Notes: generated by a model from the sequence alone, not told the origin. DNA of 64,000 nt from Sphaerodactylus townsendi (GCF_021028975.2 NC_059428.1:41602001-41666000); one strand, 5' to 3'; positions 26,126 to 39,745 are shown, counted from the stretch's first letter. Translations and numbers: made by a program.

Positions 26126-26786
26126 TTGACTTATTACTATGTACATTACCTCATTTCGAAAACGAATAAAAATATAATTAAAAAAATAATGACTGGAAGA
26201 GTGCAGATGACTGGTCAAGCTTGAGAAATACCTAAAAAAAATCAGTAAAATTCGGATTCAGCTTGATTCAGCTGTAAAATTATAGTTGTAGCCGAATCAG
26301 CCGAATCCCTGATCCAGTTTTTTGCATTTTTTTTTATTTTTTTTACTGGTTTTTAGGTTTTGGCCTATAGGGAGCACATTTTTAACCTAGCGGCACCAAA
26401 TTTTCAGGTTGTCTTCAGGAGACTCTCCTGATGATACCACCCAGGTTTGGTAAAGTTTGATTCAGGGGGTCCTAAGGTATGGACCCCCAAAAGGGTTGCC
26501 CTTATCTCCCACTGTTTCCAATGGGAGCTAATAGGAGATGGGGGCTGCCCCTTTGAGGGTCCATAACTTGTTGCCTGATATGCTACTTAGTATGGGAGGG
26601 TCTAACTAAATGGCTAATTTAATTTTTTTCTGGGGATACTGGGGGTTGACCTTAGACCTTCCATATGTAAACCAGAGACTCTACCACTGAGCTACACCTC
26701 TCCCTTCAGTCAAATTTCAGTCAATTCCCCTGGGGGGTGGCATGGGAGTGCTATGGAAAGGGGAACAGATAGCACAGAATCTCATT

Positions 26787-27725
26787 TCATGCAGTTCAAT
26801 GTAGCAAAATGTAAAGTGATGCACATAGGGGCAAAAAATCCAAACTTCACATACACGCTACAGGGGTCAGTGCTATCAGTCACAGACCAGGAAAGGGATT
26901 TAGGCGTCTTAGTTGATAGTTCCATGGGAATGTCAACTCAATGCATGGCAGCTGTAAAAAAGGCAAACTCTATGCTGGGGATCATTAGAAAAGGAATTGA
27001 TAATAAAACTGCAAAGATTGTCATGCCCTTATCTAAAGCAGTGGTGCGACCGCACTTGGAGTACTGTGTCCAGTTCTGGTCGCCGCATCTCAAAAAGGAT
27101 ATTGAGGAGATAGAAAAAAAAATTAGGAGAGAGAGAGAAGGGCAACAAGGATGATTGAGGGACTGGGCAACCCTCCCTATGAGAGAGAGGCTGCAGCGCT
27201 GGAGAGTTTGGGAGAGGAGGCTGGCTGAGGGGAGAGGGATATGATTGAAGTCCTACAAAATTATGCATGGGGGGTAGAAAAATGTTGACAGAGAGAAATT
27301 TTTCTCTCTTCCTCTGGCTACTTTGAAACTGGGGCATACATTGAAATGCCAGGGAAGAATCAGAATCCACAAAAGTTGAAACACTTCTACACTTAACGCA
27401 GATTGGTGTTTGGAATATATACCCACAGGAGGTGAGTGATGGCCACGCTAACCCGATAGCTTTTAAAGGGGCGAATAAGATTTCTGAGACGGCGAGAGAA
27501 GTCGATTTATGGCTACCAATCTTGATCCTCCTTGATCTGAGATTGCAAATGCCTTAACAGACCAGGTGATCAGGAGCAACAGCCGCAGAAGGCCATTGCG
27601 TTCACATCCTACATGTGAGCTCCCAAAGGCACCTGGTGGGCCACTGCGAGTAGCAGAGAGCTGGACTAGATAGACTTTGGTCTGATCCAGCTGGCTTGTT
27701 CTTATGTTCTTATGTTCTTATGTTC
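26787..27725 (+). mobile_element. 5'-truncated CR1 LINE
   Basis: QFNVAKCKVMHIG...ERDLGV...KKANSMLGII...RPHLEYCVQFWSP, followed by a (TTCTTATG)n tail. Confidence 0.95.
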
Positions 27726-28619
27726 ATTCTTTGTGATTCATTCTGATAATTTGTACGTGCAGATCTCTCAGATCCCTCCTCTGAAAACTTCCATCCATCC
27801 CTGCTGACAGAGTTAAAAAAAAACTCAAATGCAAACCCTTAACTTAGATACAGACCCAGTGATGCAAAACTTTTGGATCATGGATCCTAATGGAGCTTCA
27901 TGGTTTTTATGTTAATATCTTCTAAATCCATGCTCTAATTACATTTGTTCCTTCTATTTGCATAACAATTCTTGTTTTTGATAAGTCAAGAAAATGTTTG
28001 TTTGTTTGTTTGTTTATTGATTGATTGATTGGATTTATAGGCCACCTCACCCCAAAAGGTCTCCAGTGCCTTGTGAAGTAGCAAATGATATAGGACACAA
28101 GCTTGACATTGCCATGGCTCCTTATGGATGTTCTTGACTGCATATGCTAAAGTTGACTCTGGCACACAAGTTTTTACCACAGTAAATACTTAAAAACTCT
28201 TTGCTTGGATTGCAGTAAATGCACACAGCTCACCCTTTGGAGTTCCATTTTAAAAACAGATGTTACATGTCTGCTCTCTAATTTTTAGAGTTTTCACATA
28301 CATAAATAAACAATCACATCCCTGGGGATATTCCAGCAGAATATCAGCAGAATGTGTCAATTGATTTGAAATGCTGAGGTCAAAGTCAATTGTAAATTAA
28401 TTTGGCCTCCTAAATTTTCCACTGCAAAGGGTGATTGAGTGCCCTTCTTTTGCATTTGACCTTCAACAATGTTTAAAAGTTGGTTTTAATTTGTGATATT
28501 TTAAGATTATATGACATTTGATCATACTATTTAAAATAATATAGCTGGCATTAAATCTGATGGTATTTGAGAGAGATAAGTGAAAGTTATAGTTTGAAAG
28601 TAAATATGCAAATACAGTG

Positions 28620-28790
28620 ACATGGATGGTCCAGGCTAGCCTAATCTCATCAGAAGCTAAGCAGTGTTAGTCCTGGTTAGTACTACCAAGGAAAACCAGG
28701 TTCCCTATGCAGAGGCAGGCAATGCCAAATCACTTCTTAACATCTCTTGACAACATTATGGTGTCACCATAAGTCAGCAGTGACTTCATG
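28620..28790 (+). mobile_element. Decayed 5S-derived SINE (5S-Sauria-like)
   Basis: 5S-like head (gcctaatctc...gaagctaagcag...cctggttagtact) plus Sauria-type body (ggcaggcaatg...caccataagtc). Confidence 0.65.
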
Positions 28791-29351
28791 GGAAAAAAAG
28801 ATATCAGGGTTGCAACCCTGGGTTGGGAAATTAATGGAGATTTTGTGATTTTTATTAAAAGAGCATTACCTCTTTCTGTCATTGGTGGCTGAGGTCTAAA
28901 TGTAGTAGTTTGTAGGACTGCATAAAAACAAGAAAATACATTTGTTTTAAAAAAGGCAAATATATTGTACTTTAAAAGAAAGGATATTTTTTATGACAAA
29001 GACTTGAGAACCACGCATAATTCTCCCATAGGTTTTTAATAGGGCTGTCAGTTTTCACATGAGGTCTGGAAATCTCCTAGAATTACAACAAATTATAGAA
29101 AAAAAATAAAAAATGCTCTCAACAAATATATCTTCAGAACTGGTGACCATTATTTCATCATTAGAACCATGTAAACATAGATGAAATGTCAAAGAAAAAC
29201 TTCTGAAATAAATATAATCAGTAATACGGTTTGTACTGAAAGACTTTTTCCATTCCAATTATTTTCACAGTTTTAAGTATTCATATTGATTAATGCATGT
29301 CTATTTTATAATTTTATGAATTAATTGTTTTAAATAACTGAGAAAATTTAC

Positions 29352-29423
29352 CAGGTTTAGTTTGTAGAATATGAGGGCTTATTGTTGTTTTCGTGCTGAA
29401 AAGATGATGCTTGACTTTTGGAT
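29352..29423 (-). CDS. ABI3BP: ABI3BP exon, 72 nt: DPKVKHHLFSTKTTISPHILQTKP
   Basis: ttctctttcag acceptor, G|GTAAAT donor, TKP end. Confidence 0.87.
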
Positions 29424-29544
29424 CTGAAAGAGAAAAAAAGCCCTATAAATTATTAAGAAACTTATAAACCACAGTCTGGCATTTCAGGTCAGAAGGCAAA
29501 GAAGCAAAATCATGCTGTGGAACAAAAGCAGCCACACAAAAAAA

Positions 29545-29583
29545 GACAAGAAAGAAAGAAAAGAAAGAAAGAAAGAAAGAAAG
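29545..29583. repeat. (GAAA)n microsatellite
   Basis: Directly visible. Confidence 0.9.
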
Positions 29584-29918
29584 ATTACTTCAAGTGGATT
29601 ACATGATTAATGACAATTTCTGGAGTCCATCTTTAAAAATGAAAATGAATAATAAACATAGAAGGGTGGAGTGCAGTCTAACACAGCTTCTTGCAGCTGA
29701 TCTCAGAGGTGCCAGAAACACTGTGCAATATCAGAAATTAACAGTACTGTGAAAAAATGATTAAGTCTTCAGTGCTAAATGGTGGACATACCTAGAGAGA
29801 GGATGTATTTTAATTTTTAAATGGAATGATATTAGATGATCTTGCAGAAGAAGAAAATACAGCATGAGTTTCAGAAATGAGAAGAACATCAGCCAGTTCA
29901 TGGGAAAAACACCATTAC

Positions 29919-29960
29919 CTATTATTGGAAGTTCATTGTTAAATGTAATAGATTCCAAGA
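29919..29960 (-). CDS. ABI3BP: ABI3BP exon, 42 nt: VLESITFNNELPII
   Basis: ttttcccttgtgcag acceptor, AG|GTAATG donor; LExITF motif shared with the exon at 21168. Confidence 0.8.
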
Positions 29961-30735
29961 CTGCACAAGGGAAAAGAACATATAAGAATTATTAATAGCT
30001 CTTCAGTAGTTTTAAGGATGGAATCTGATACAAAGTCTTAGAATATTTGAACTATGCAAAACATAATAAAGTATTATGGAATGACTTCTTCTAGGACGTA
30101 CATGGGCATTCATCCCTTTTGAAACTCAGAAACTTGTACAAAGCTGATGCTTGGAGAGTCTTGCAGAGATCTGGCTATTATACAGATGAAGGTCTTCATT
30201 TCTGTTCTGGTTTTTTAACTATATATTTTAATTTGTTGTCAGTGTTTATGTTTTTTTTAAACTATGCTCTATGTCCCTTTAAGCTTTGGGAAAGAATAAA
30301 AATATTTTAAATAGGTAAAATCAATGAAACAAATCAGTCATTTCCCTAACATTAAGCCAGAATTTCCCAATAAGCAAAATGGCCTTCATACTCTTATTAA
30401 ACATAGTTTAATAGAACCAAAAGCTTTCTGTTTTATGGATAGTTATGGACCAGGTTCTACCAATTTAATGCTATAGACAGTCAAAGCTCGAAGCTTGGCA
30501 CTAGAATTATTCTGTGTAATTACATTTTTTCTTAAAATTTATTGCAGTATGTTTGTCATGTTTTCAAATATTGCAGTTAATAGCTGAATGCCTGGAATAC
30601 AGAAACTAAAGTGGCTTACATTGCATCATCGTATTTAAGTCTGGGTTGTAATTACTGGAGCACTGGAAAAACTAACGAGTTTTAGCAAAAAGACAGTTAT
30701 ATAAATATCTGTGAACAGGCTACTATTGTTTATAC

Positions 30736-30759
30736 CTGTGTAAACATGATATGGTCCAA
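30736..30759 (-). CDS. Candidate 24-nt micro-exon: VGPYHVYT
   Basis: ttttctctacttgtag acceptor, CAG|GTATAA donor, phase 1-1 and open; too short to confirm by similarity. Confidence 0.3.
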
Positions 30760-31746
30760 CTACAAGTAGAGAAAATTAGATTTAAAGCTTTCAGCTAAAA
30801 ATTAAATGATTACCAGCCCCATCGTGGGAGGGGGGGGAGTTGAGGGAGTGATGTGGTCTTGTGCCGGCACATTTGCCCTCCCCAGGCACTTACCCTGGTG
30901 GAGGAGGCAGATGCCCCAGCAGCCATCTACCCCTCAGCCTCGTTGTTGCAAAACCCAGAAGTCCAGACCATGGTGGGGCTGTACTCGTGTCTCAACTGGA
31001 TGTCAGCAGGGAGGGGGGCTAGGGCATTCCCAGGGATTTAGGATGGGAAGTGCGGTGCCCTGGTCCATGGACTAGTTTCTGAGATACTCAGATTTCACTA
31101 CACATTCTTACATGGAAGATTCCTGGGTGATCTTGGGCCAGTCACACATGTGTAACCTAACCTATTTCACAGGGCTGTTTTAAGGTTGAAATGGTTGAAA
31201 AAGAGAATGGTATAAGTTGCTTTTGGTCCCTAGTAGTGACACAGTTGGTATGTAAATGAAATTTTTTAAAATGTCAAATACCAATTACTTGTTTTCACTA
31301 TATCAATGTATCATTTTATTTAATTATTCAATGGATTGCTAATGACTTTCATTTGCTTGTAAAGTTATTCAGCAGCTGTTCTTGTGGCTTGGTACAGTCT
31401 GAATATCTTCTTTACACGGTGACAGCCTGCTCATGAGTGTTCAACAAGGGTCTCTGAAAAATTTGCAGCATCCCTAACTGAGAGGCAAATGAGAAAGGGA
31501 GAGACCCTGTGCTGTTACTGCAAGACATCTTTGAAGACAACTGAGGCTGAAGATGGCTTGTGCAGAACTATATAGGTGCATTGCTGGTGGTGGCATGTAG
31601 TCGGCCTTTGTTGCTCCTAGCAGACTTCTGCTGATGCGGGTGGCTACTCTGGCCATTTACTGCTCTCCATTCCAGCCACTACTGAAACTCTCTCCAGCAA
31701 TAATAGCAAAGTTTCATTAGAACCATTTGAACGGATACATAATTAC

Positions 31747-31815
31747 CAGATTTAGTAAGTGGGAGTTCAGGGACTGTAGATGGTTTAGAAGAAAAGAGGT
31801 CTGTTTCATCTAAAG
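31747..31815 (-). CDS. ABI3BP: ABI3BP exon, 69 nt: ALDETDLFSSKPSTVPELPLTKS
   Basis: ttcgcccccag acceptor, G|GTAATT donor, open. Confidence 0.85.
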
Positions 31816-32404
31816 CTGGGGGCGAAAATCAGGAAATTATTCAATGATACTGAATTCATGCTTAAAGACTTACGGTATAATGAATTGGTAAAATACGTAT
31901 CCTTAAAGTAATCTGCCTAATAAAAATAGAATAGCAATTCTTCATACCATTTATTTCTTCATTAAACTGTTTTACGCCCTGTGACTGTTCCACACTCAAT
32001 ATAAAGGTTCTGCAAAAGCAGGTTTGCCCAATTCACATCAGTGAGCAAGAACAGCTATTTGCCTACAAATATATACACTTATGAACCTGGCACTTCTGAT
32101 TAAATGAACTGGGAAACACTTGTGCATGCCTGGGCAACATATTCTTCAGGAGCGCAAGGAACCACTAGACTGTCATAATACATATTTTAGTACAACTGCA
32201 GTATCCTACATTGCAATGTATAAAAAAGTACTCCTTTCACAATGCTACACTGGCCAGGCCATTACTGAATAAAATAATGTATCATGTATGAAAACATAAA
32301 GTATTAATTTTCAAATCTGTTGCACAAAATTTACCGATGCAGTATCAATGCAGACTTATTTCTGATTGTAACACAACATTTTTAATTTTGAAAAGTTACT
32401 CTAC

Positions 32405-32485
32405 CAGGTTTATTATCAGGCACTTCTGGCATTGTATAGTCAGTTTCTTTAGACTGAGAAGGGATAGAGGCTGGTTCAGAAGAAG
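32405..32485 (-). CDS. ABI3BP: ABI3BP exon, 81 nt: ASSEPASIPSQSKETDYTMPEVPDNKP
   Basis: tcttttttcag acceptor, G|GTAGAG donor, open, KP end. Confidence 0.82.
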
Positions 32486-32693
32486 CTGAAAAAAGACCCA
32501 TCCCAAAATTAATTCATGATCATACCCACCCCCCCCCCCAAAAAAAAACTTTCAAAATTTTGCTTGGTATCAGGAAAACATTAATACATAATCTGAAAGC
32601 AAAAAAACCCCCACAACTTTTGGACACAGAATATTTGGCAACAGGTTTAGGTTTCAGTGCAATATCTAGAAAAACTACAAATTGTGGAATGCC

Positions 32694-33629
32694 AGGTTGA
32701 TTCCACACAGCACAAAAAAGGATGTCTATGAGACATCTTAAAAAGAGGCGACTGCTTTTTTTCACTCCACACACCCAATATAAGATGTTCGGGGGATGTC
32801 TTAAAAAGAAGCAGCTGCTGGTTTAGTTCCAGACAGCAAAAGTGTCAGAGGAGAAAAGAGGCTTTTTCCTGCCCGACTGTTTTGCTTTCTGGTCAGTTTC
32901 ACCCTCTGCTTCCTGCAGATATTCTGTGTACTCTTGAAGGATTCTCCTTGCCTCCATTTGCTGAAGGTTGCTCCAGGATGTTTGGTCTGCGAGCTCTGAT
33001 CCTGCGTGCCTTTTCAGCCCAAAAAGTACATACGTTGCACTTGTTCTGCCGAATCAGGCAATATATAGTTTTTAAAAAGAATTTTGAGAAGCTGTCTTCA
33101 TAGCTACTCAGACACACATGAGAGATCTGAGCCACTCAGAGGACTGTTTTAACTCCCACTGTGCAGCATTGGGTAGACCTGCCCTCTGCAGACACCTCAT
33201 CCTTTCTTTTTTAAAGGAAAACTGTATATTGCTAGAATTGGCAGGACCAGCTATGTACTTTTTGGCCTGAAAAGGCCCCCATAGCAGAGCAAACATCCTG
33301 GGGCAACCTTCAGCAAATGGAGGCAGGGAGAATCTCTTCAGCAGCATGCAAGATGTCAGGCACAAGTGGAGAGTCAAACTGACCAGAGAGCGAAATGATT
33401 GGGTGGGAAACATAAGATGCCTCCTGAGCTCCTCATAGTAGGCAGGAGATGTCTTGAAGATGACTTGAGAGAAACAGTCCACTTTTTAGCGTCTTCAAAA
33501 TAAGACAGCTTGGTCTGAAATAAGGTGTCCTGAAAACGTCTTGGAGAAAAAGCTATGTGGAGTTCCTCCCCAAGATGCCTTTTTTTTGCATCCTCAGGAA
33601 CCTTCTTTGTGCTGTGCAGAATGCACCCT
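32694..33629. mobile_element. Long palindromic non-autonomous DNA element
   Basis: cacagcacaaa termini; internal inverted arms (gcctccatttgctgaaggttgc / gcaaccttcagcaaatggaggc). Confidence 0.65.
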
Positions 33630-34872
33630 TGTCTTTCTAGTGGTGGCTCCCTTGCTTTTGAATGCCCCTCCTTTCCCTGAGTCTGACATTCCCTTGAAAT
33701 GTTTTAGTACCAAGCAAAGACTGAAGGATTTTTAATTCTTGCTCTAAGTTTTATTTGTTTTATAATCTCATCCATGACATAATTGTTCCATATTACTTTA
33801 GTGGAATGGAGTTATTTTGGTTTTATCTACTGTTTATTTTTATTGCTTTATTGTTTTATTTGTTCTGGATGCTCTTATTTGATTGTTACTTGCTTTACAT
33901 TTTTATATTATTGATTTATATTACTGCTTGCACTGAACAGTAGAAAGGAAGCATATAAAATAAACTAGTAGGCTTGTTAAATATTATCTATTCAAAGCTA
34001 GTTTAGCTGTCAGGGTCTTTTACAGTTGGACTCTTTATTTCAGAACCAGGACAAAATAGTTCTGGCACAACTCCTCTCCCTAAGATGACCTCTTCCTTCA
34101 GCAAGAGGAAATACTCCCTGATTATCTAGCAACAGGACTCAATATTCTTTAGAGCCCACTCTAACTTTCCTAGGCATACCAACAGTTAAACCCTTCATGC
34201 TACAAACATTTCTAGCCTGTCTGGTTTGAATAATCAGTTGATCCAACCCATCAACAATCTAACTTGATTATGGAAGATTCTTGGCTTCTGGAGCATTCTT
34301 CTGCAACAGCTTTGTGTTAGTTAAATAGTATATCAAAAAGAAAGTTGCTTATAATTTAGTATGAAAGGAAATACAATAACAGTGTGTCCTGATTTATTTT
34401 GAGATGTAACTTACAAATTATCACAGTTAGTTTGGATGCAAATATTCTAGAAGCTAATGTAATAAAGGATTTGGCAGACGGAGCAATGCATAAAGGTTGC
34501 TGGGACTGTAGGATGAGGATGCTAACTAGCTGTATCTACAGAAATTATAATGAAACAAACATAGTTAAATTTTCAATAAAATTTGGCCTTCCTCTGCAAC
34601 ATATTGGTTTGCATTATTCTATAATCTATATTCACAAGGAACTGTATAATTCGCTAACATTTTTGGTGCCATAAGTTGAGTCCAAAACATAAGACAGCGT
34701 CATACTAGTGTCTACATTTACAGGGCCTGTGCCCTGATATGATTTTCTTCTTGTCTGCAGAGGTAAGCAGGATGCAATTCAAGAGACAGCAGGAATATAG
34801 GCCTCACTCAGCCAGCCCATGAGCCTTCCTATGCCAATTATAGCAGCTGTGTTGCAGGCTGACCAAGAATTA

Positions 34873-35233
34873 CCGTATATACTCATGTATAAACCAACTC
34901 ATTTATAAGCCGAGGCACCTAATTTTACTACCAAAACGTGGGAAAAAGTATTGACTCGCATATAAGCCGAAGGTGGGAAGCCGGGAGGCAGAGGGAGCTC
35001 CTTATTTGGGCAGTAACTCCCCCTGATGTCATTGCCCAACTAAGGAGCTCCCTCCACCTCCCAGCTGAGTTTGAGGAAGCCCAGGCAACCAGGAGGTGGA
35101 GGGAGCTCCTTATTTGGGCAATGACATCAGGGGGAGTCATGCTGGTAAGCAGTGACTCGTGTATAAGACAAGGGAGCATTTTTCAGCCTTAAAACAGGGC
35201 TGAAAAACTCAGCTTATACGCGAGTATATACGG
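34873..35233. mobile_element. Tc1/mariner-pogo-type MITE
   Basis: TIR CCGTATATACTC with TA TSD; nested internal inverted repeats. Confidence 0.85.
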
Positions 35234-35641
35234 TAGTGGTCATAAGTTTTACTCATAACAAAGAAAGCACATTAAAAAAAACTGAGAATTGTATAGGTTT
35301 ATTAAAAGAAGCCTACAACTTTTCTGTTGTAGGGACTGATACTTGCACAGCATAATGTGAAGCTATCCAATGTGGCCATGTCACTGCCAGCCACATAATC
35401 AGAAGTAATGTGATGTGTCACTGATGATACTCTAACAACTCTCGCCATAGAATATGAGGGAATTGCTAGAACATCCCCTGTAATATACGATATCACTTCC
35501 AGTTACATGACCAGAAGCAACATTGCAGTGTTATTCTGATTTGCTTTTTTGGCTCAGTTTCTCGGCTGTTGCAGTAAGCAGCAGTGGAGGACCATAGGTT
35601 GAAAGTTTCCCGTGACAGCAGGAGTCCGGGTTACTCTAGTG

Positions 35642-35787
35642 CCGTGGTGGCGAACCTTTGGCACTCCAGATGTTATGGACTACAATTCCCATCAGCCCCT
35701 TCTAGCATGGCCAATTGGCCATGATGGAAGGGGCTGATGGGAATTGTAGTCCATAACATCTGGAGTGCCAAAGGTTCGCCACCACTG
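35642..35787. mobile_element. hAT MITE forming a near-perfect 146-bp palindrome
   Basis: 8-bp TSD CTCTAGTG; arms of about 70 bp centred on ggccaattggcc. Confidence 0.92.
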
Positions 35788-36046
35788 CTCTAGTGTCATG
35801 GAGTACTAAGATATGTCAATCTTTGTATGGTTTAACATTTATCAAACAGTACATTGGAACTATATTTCTACAAAGACAAGTGAAGGATGTTACGATTGTA
35901 GAAGATTAACAGTATTATACTGCTAGTGAAATTACAAATATTGTGGTATAAAATGCACCCATAGTTGGTGATGTTTCCTTGTAGTAAAAGAGAAGAAATT
36001 AAAAAACCCCAGAGTGGTGACAGTTAACTGAAAAAAAAGATATTAC

Positions 36047-36121
36047 CCATTGTTGTCACTGGATATGCAGTAATGTGAGACACTTTAGTAGTGACAGGAA
36101 CTGGAACCAATTTGGTGGTAA
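36047..36121 (-). CDS. ABI3BP: ABI3BP exon, 75 nt (78 with the upstream CAG): VTTKLVPVPVTTKVSHITAYPVTTM
   Basis: ttactccagcag tandem acceptor, G|GTAATA donor, open. Confidence 0.85.
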
Positions 36122-38328
36122 CTGCTGGAGTAAAGGATATTATCTTGAGATAGTTGAAAACGAATCACAGATCAGGATTGCAGACCTAGAATTCCAAGAA
36201 TGTAGCATGTTCTTCTTTAATTATATATCATTTTTGAGGTCCTCTTTATCATAAATATGATTCCAAGTGGATATCTGATGAAGATGGTCTTCAATATACT
36301 ATTGGACTCAAATCTAGCTGGTCTACTGCAGACCAACACAGCTACTTTCTGAAGCTGGGTTAGAGTTAATGTGGGGTAGAACTGAGTTAAGACTGGAGAT
36401 ATATGAGTTCATATACTCATTCAACTATACAATTCACTTAGTGGCCTTAGACAAACTCTCAACCTAACCTGTTCAACATGGATGTTATGGAGTTATATTA
36501 AGTTACTTCCTCTTATTTCATTTGACCAGCTTGGAGAAAGGATGGAAGATAACCTAGTAGGGCTTACTGCAAAGAATATCTCTATGTTTCTTTTTTTGAT
36601 GATATTTTCTGTGCAGGCTGCACATTTTTGAAGATAGAGGCACCAGACTTTCAAGGTGGCTCCAGGAGGCTCTCCTGGCAATAGCATCCAGTCTTGCTGA
36701 ACTTTGCTTCTGGGGACAGTGGGAGGGGTGGGTTGAGAGAGTTCTGAGAGAACTTAGCTACCAGGCTTCATGTGCAAGAGCGGGGAATTGACCCAAGGCA
36801 CTGCAGAGCAGAGAATCTGGGCAAATTTCTTGGGGTGCCTGTCAGAGGCACATTTTTAAAGCTAGTGGCACCAAATTTTCAGGGTCTCAATCAGAGACTG
36901 TCATGATGATACTACCTGAGTATGGTGAAGCTTGGTTCAGGGGGTCCAAAGTTATGGACCCTCAAAGGGATTAGCCCCCATCTCCTGTTAGCTCGCATTG
37001 GAAACAATGGGGGATGGGGCACCCACTTTGGGGGTCCATAACTTTGGACCCCCTGAACCAAACTTCACCAAATTTGGGGGACATCATAAGGAGCATCTCT
37101 GGATGATACCCTGAAATTGTGGTGCCGCTAGCTTTAAGTATGCACCGCTCTGCAGGCTGCAATGCAAAAAAATACCAAAAAAAAGGCCCGAATGCCTTGC
37201 CGTTCATATTCAGGCAGGACATATTTGGCTGATTTTGGCCCAAATATGCCTGAATATGCCCAGATTCAGGCCGAATCCAGGATCTGGTGTACCCAAATCT
37301 CCAAGTCTAGTATTTAGTTGAATAAAATAAAAAAAGTATTTGGGAATGAGTCTTCTAAATTTAGTTTGAGGTATGACAGTCCTTGAGCTGAGTTTGGCAC
37401 ATGCAAAAATGTCCTCTGATACCTGTTCCTTCCTCTCTTATATCGGAAAAGCTATGAATCTTTTACACAATGTCCAGTTTGGCAGAGGTTTCCAAGGCAT
37501 ACCCTGCCTTCACATTGGAAAGGATACTTGCTGATTTCTTGATGCTGGGAATTGGGAAGGGGCTGCCAGTCTGTGATCAATTTTTGAAAAGGGGAGAGAG
37601 GAGATGTTATAGCTATGAGGGAGTCAGAGCTTGGCCAGGGAAGGTCTGGCTTCCCTGGATGAAGAAGCTGGCACTGCCACTTTTATGTTTCAACTTCTAA
37701 AAACTTGGGAAAGCTGAACTATTTATTTGAGGTTTGACCAAATTGACACATGAAAAATGTTAAGAAAAGGAAATGGATACTATATAAGTCTGTTTAGTTT
37801 TATAGAAATTATTGTGAATTGGGTTAGTATGAAAATTAAAATGGCTACAGTTATTGTTTAAATCAGAAATATTTGCAAGGAATGATAAAAATTGAAAAAT
37901 GCATCTGAAATTTATTTTATCCCCAGTTTCTGTTGGTATTTCAAATACTTCCAAAATTTAATCCACACTATTATTTATTGCTAGTTGTGATTAGCCAGAA
38001 TTCTAACATGAAATGCAAGCCATATTTAAATAATGACAAATTACTGTCAAATTACCTCACAAAATATTATAATTCAGCTCATAAAATGAAAAACATGAGT
38101 ACTGATTGTGGTATCTCATTGGACTATTATAAATCATGTTTTTAATCACAGAAGTTGGTTTATCAAATGTTACTTGTGATTATGTATAATTTATATAATG
38201 TGTTTTTAGATTACATAAGAAAACAGTAAACAACATATGCTCTGCTTTTATGAATGTCTGTCCAAATCAGTCAGAAAGAACCCTGATCCATGCCATGGAA
38301 CAAAGTAGTTATAGGAAAGTACAATTAC

Positions 38329-38403
38329 CCGGTACAGTCTTTGGCTCTTCTAGATGGGGAAGGATTTGGGGTTTGGAAACAGTGATTTTTGTTTTACTGA
38401 GAG
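38329..38403 (-). CDS. ABI3BP: ABI3BP exon, 75 nt: ALSKTKITVSKPQILPHLEEPKTVP
   Basis: ttcctttcag acceptor, G|GTAATT donor, open. Confidence 0.88.
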
Positions 38404-38811
38404 CTGAAAGGAATAAAAATAAAAATACCATTTGTAAGTATCTGGGAAAACATTAGCTGGTATGGAAAACATACAAATCTATTGGGACTTGCAGCTATGG
38501 AAGCATTTCTAACACAAATAGGAATTTTAAAAAAGCACTTTTGTGTATATCTAGTCCTAGAATGGTATAAGTATCTCAAATGGTCAACCTACAAGATTTG
38601 CAAAATAAGCCGGATGTTTTCTGTTGAGGGCCACATAGCAGTTTTGGCTGAGGTATGTAAGAGAAAATGGCATAAGGGAAGTATCACATACGTGCACGTG
38701 TGTACACACACACAGAGAGATGTCACATCAGGAATCTGATTTGTGAGCCACCATCACCTGGACCTTTTAAAAAGGAGTTCCAATCAAGAAATTTCTACCA
38801 CCTCATCTAAA

Positions 38812-39107
38812 GGAGCAGCAGTGGCATAATGGTTAAGAGCAGGGGTACTCTAATCTGGAGGAACCGGGTTTGATTCTCCGCTCTGCTGCCTGAGCTGTGG
38901 AGGCTTATCTGGGGAATTCAGATTAGCCTGTACATTCCATCACATTCCAGCTGGGTGACCTTGGGATAGTCCCAGTTCTTCTGAGCTTTCTCAGCCCCAC
39001 CTATCTCACAAGGTGTTTGTTGTGAGGGAGGAAGGGTAAGGAGTTTGTAAGCCCCTTTGAGTCCCCTGTAGGAGAGAAAGGGGGGATATAAATCCAATTC
39101 TTCTTCT
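38812..39107 (+). mobile_element. tRNA-derived SINE with a (CTT)n tail (Squam3-like)
   Basis: Box A tggcataatgg, box B ggtttgattctc, 3' gatataaatccaa(ttc)n. Confidence 0.85.
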
Positions 39108-39670
39108 AATTTGGGTCTGAAAAAGATTGTGAGAGCATACAACCATTTCCAAAGAAAAAAAAAAGAAAGGATGTATGGTGGTTAATCGTTTTGCAGCTGC
39201 ACCTGAAATCAATTCCAAACCATGAGACACTGCCACCTTAAAAGCAAGTACAGTAAAACTGATTCCTGTATCTTGATGTTGATTTTCCTTTTAGTGCCAG
39301 GCAGCAGTACAGATGTTAGCTCCTCCCTTTGTTTTGTAGCTGACTCACAAGAACTCCAGTTCCAGGCCAGTTGGGAGACAAACTCTACTACCCAAACATC
39401 ACAGATTGGTGATCTTTGGAATTACTGGCATGTATCCAAGCACCTTGTGGAGCAGCACTGTCCCAATTTCTCCATCTCTCTGCAGTCCAGTCAACCACCA
39501 CTCTTATGGACAGCATAAAAGCAAGTTGCAGCATGCAAACTGAAGGGATGGGGATTGCTGTCCCCCTTCAAAAGACAGAAGCATACGGTTGACTTCATGT
39601 CAATAAATAAACAAATATTAACTACTACGATGTCCTCCTATGGGTTCATGATAACCTAATTCATCATTAC

Positions 39671-39745
39671 CCTGTGTTGTTCTTGGTAATTCAGGGTTTT
39701 TATAAATTTTAGGTGTGGTGCTCTCCCATTGAGGCTCTTTTTCTG
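39671..39745 (-). CDS. ABI3BP: ABI3BP exon, 75 nt: AEKEPQWESTTPKIYKNPELPRTTQ
   Basis: ttttttgtcagCAG tandem acceptor, G|GTAATG donor, open. Confidence 0.88.

Noticed and set aside
28620-28700. 5S rRNA-like sequence
   Set aside because: Degenerate and fused to a SINE body; not an rRNA gene.
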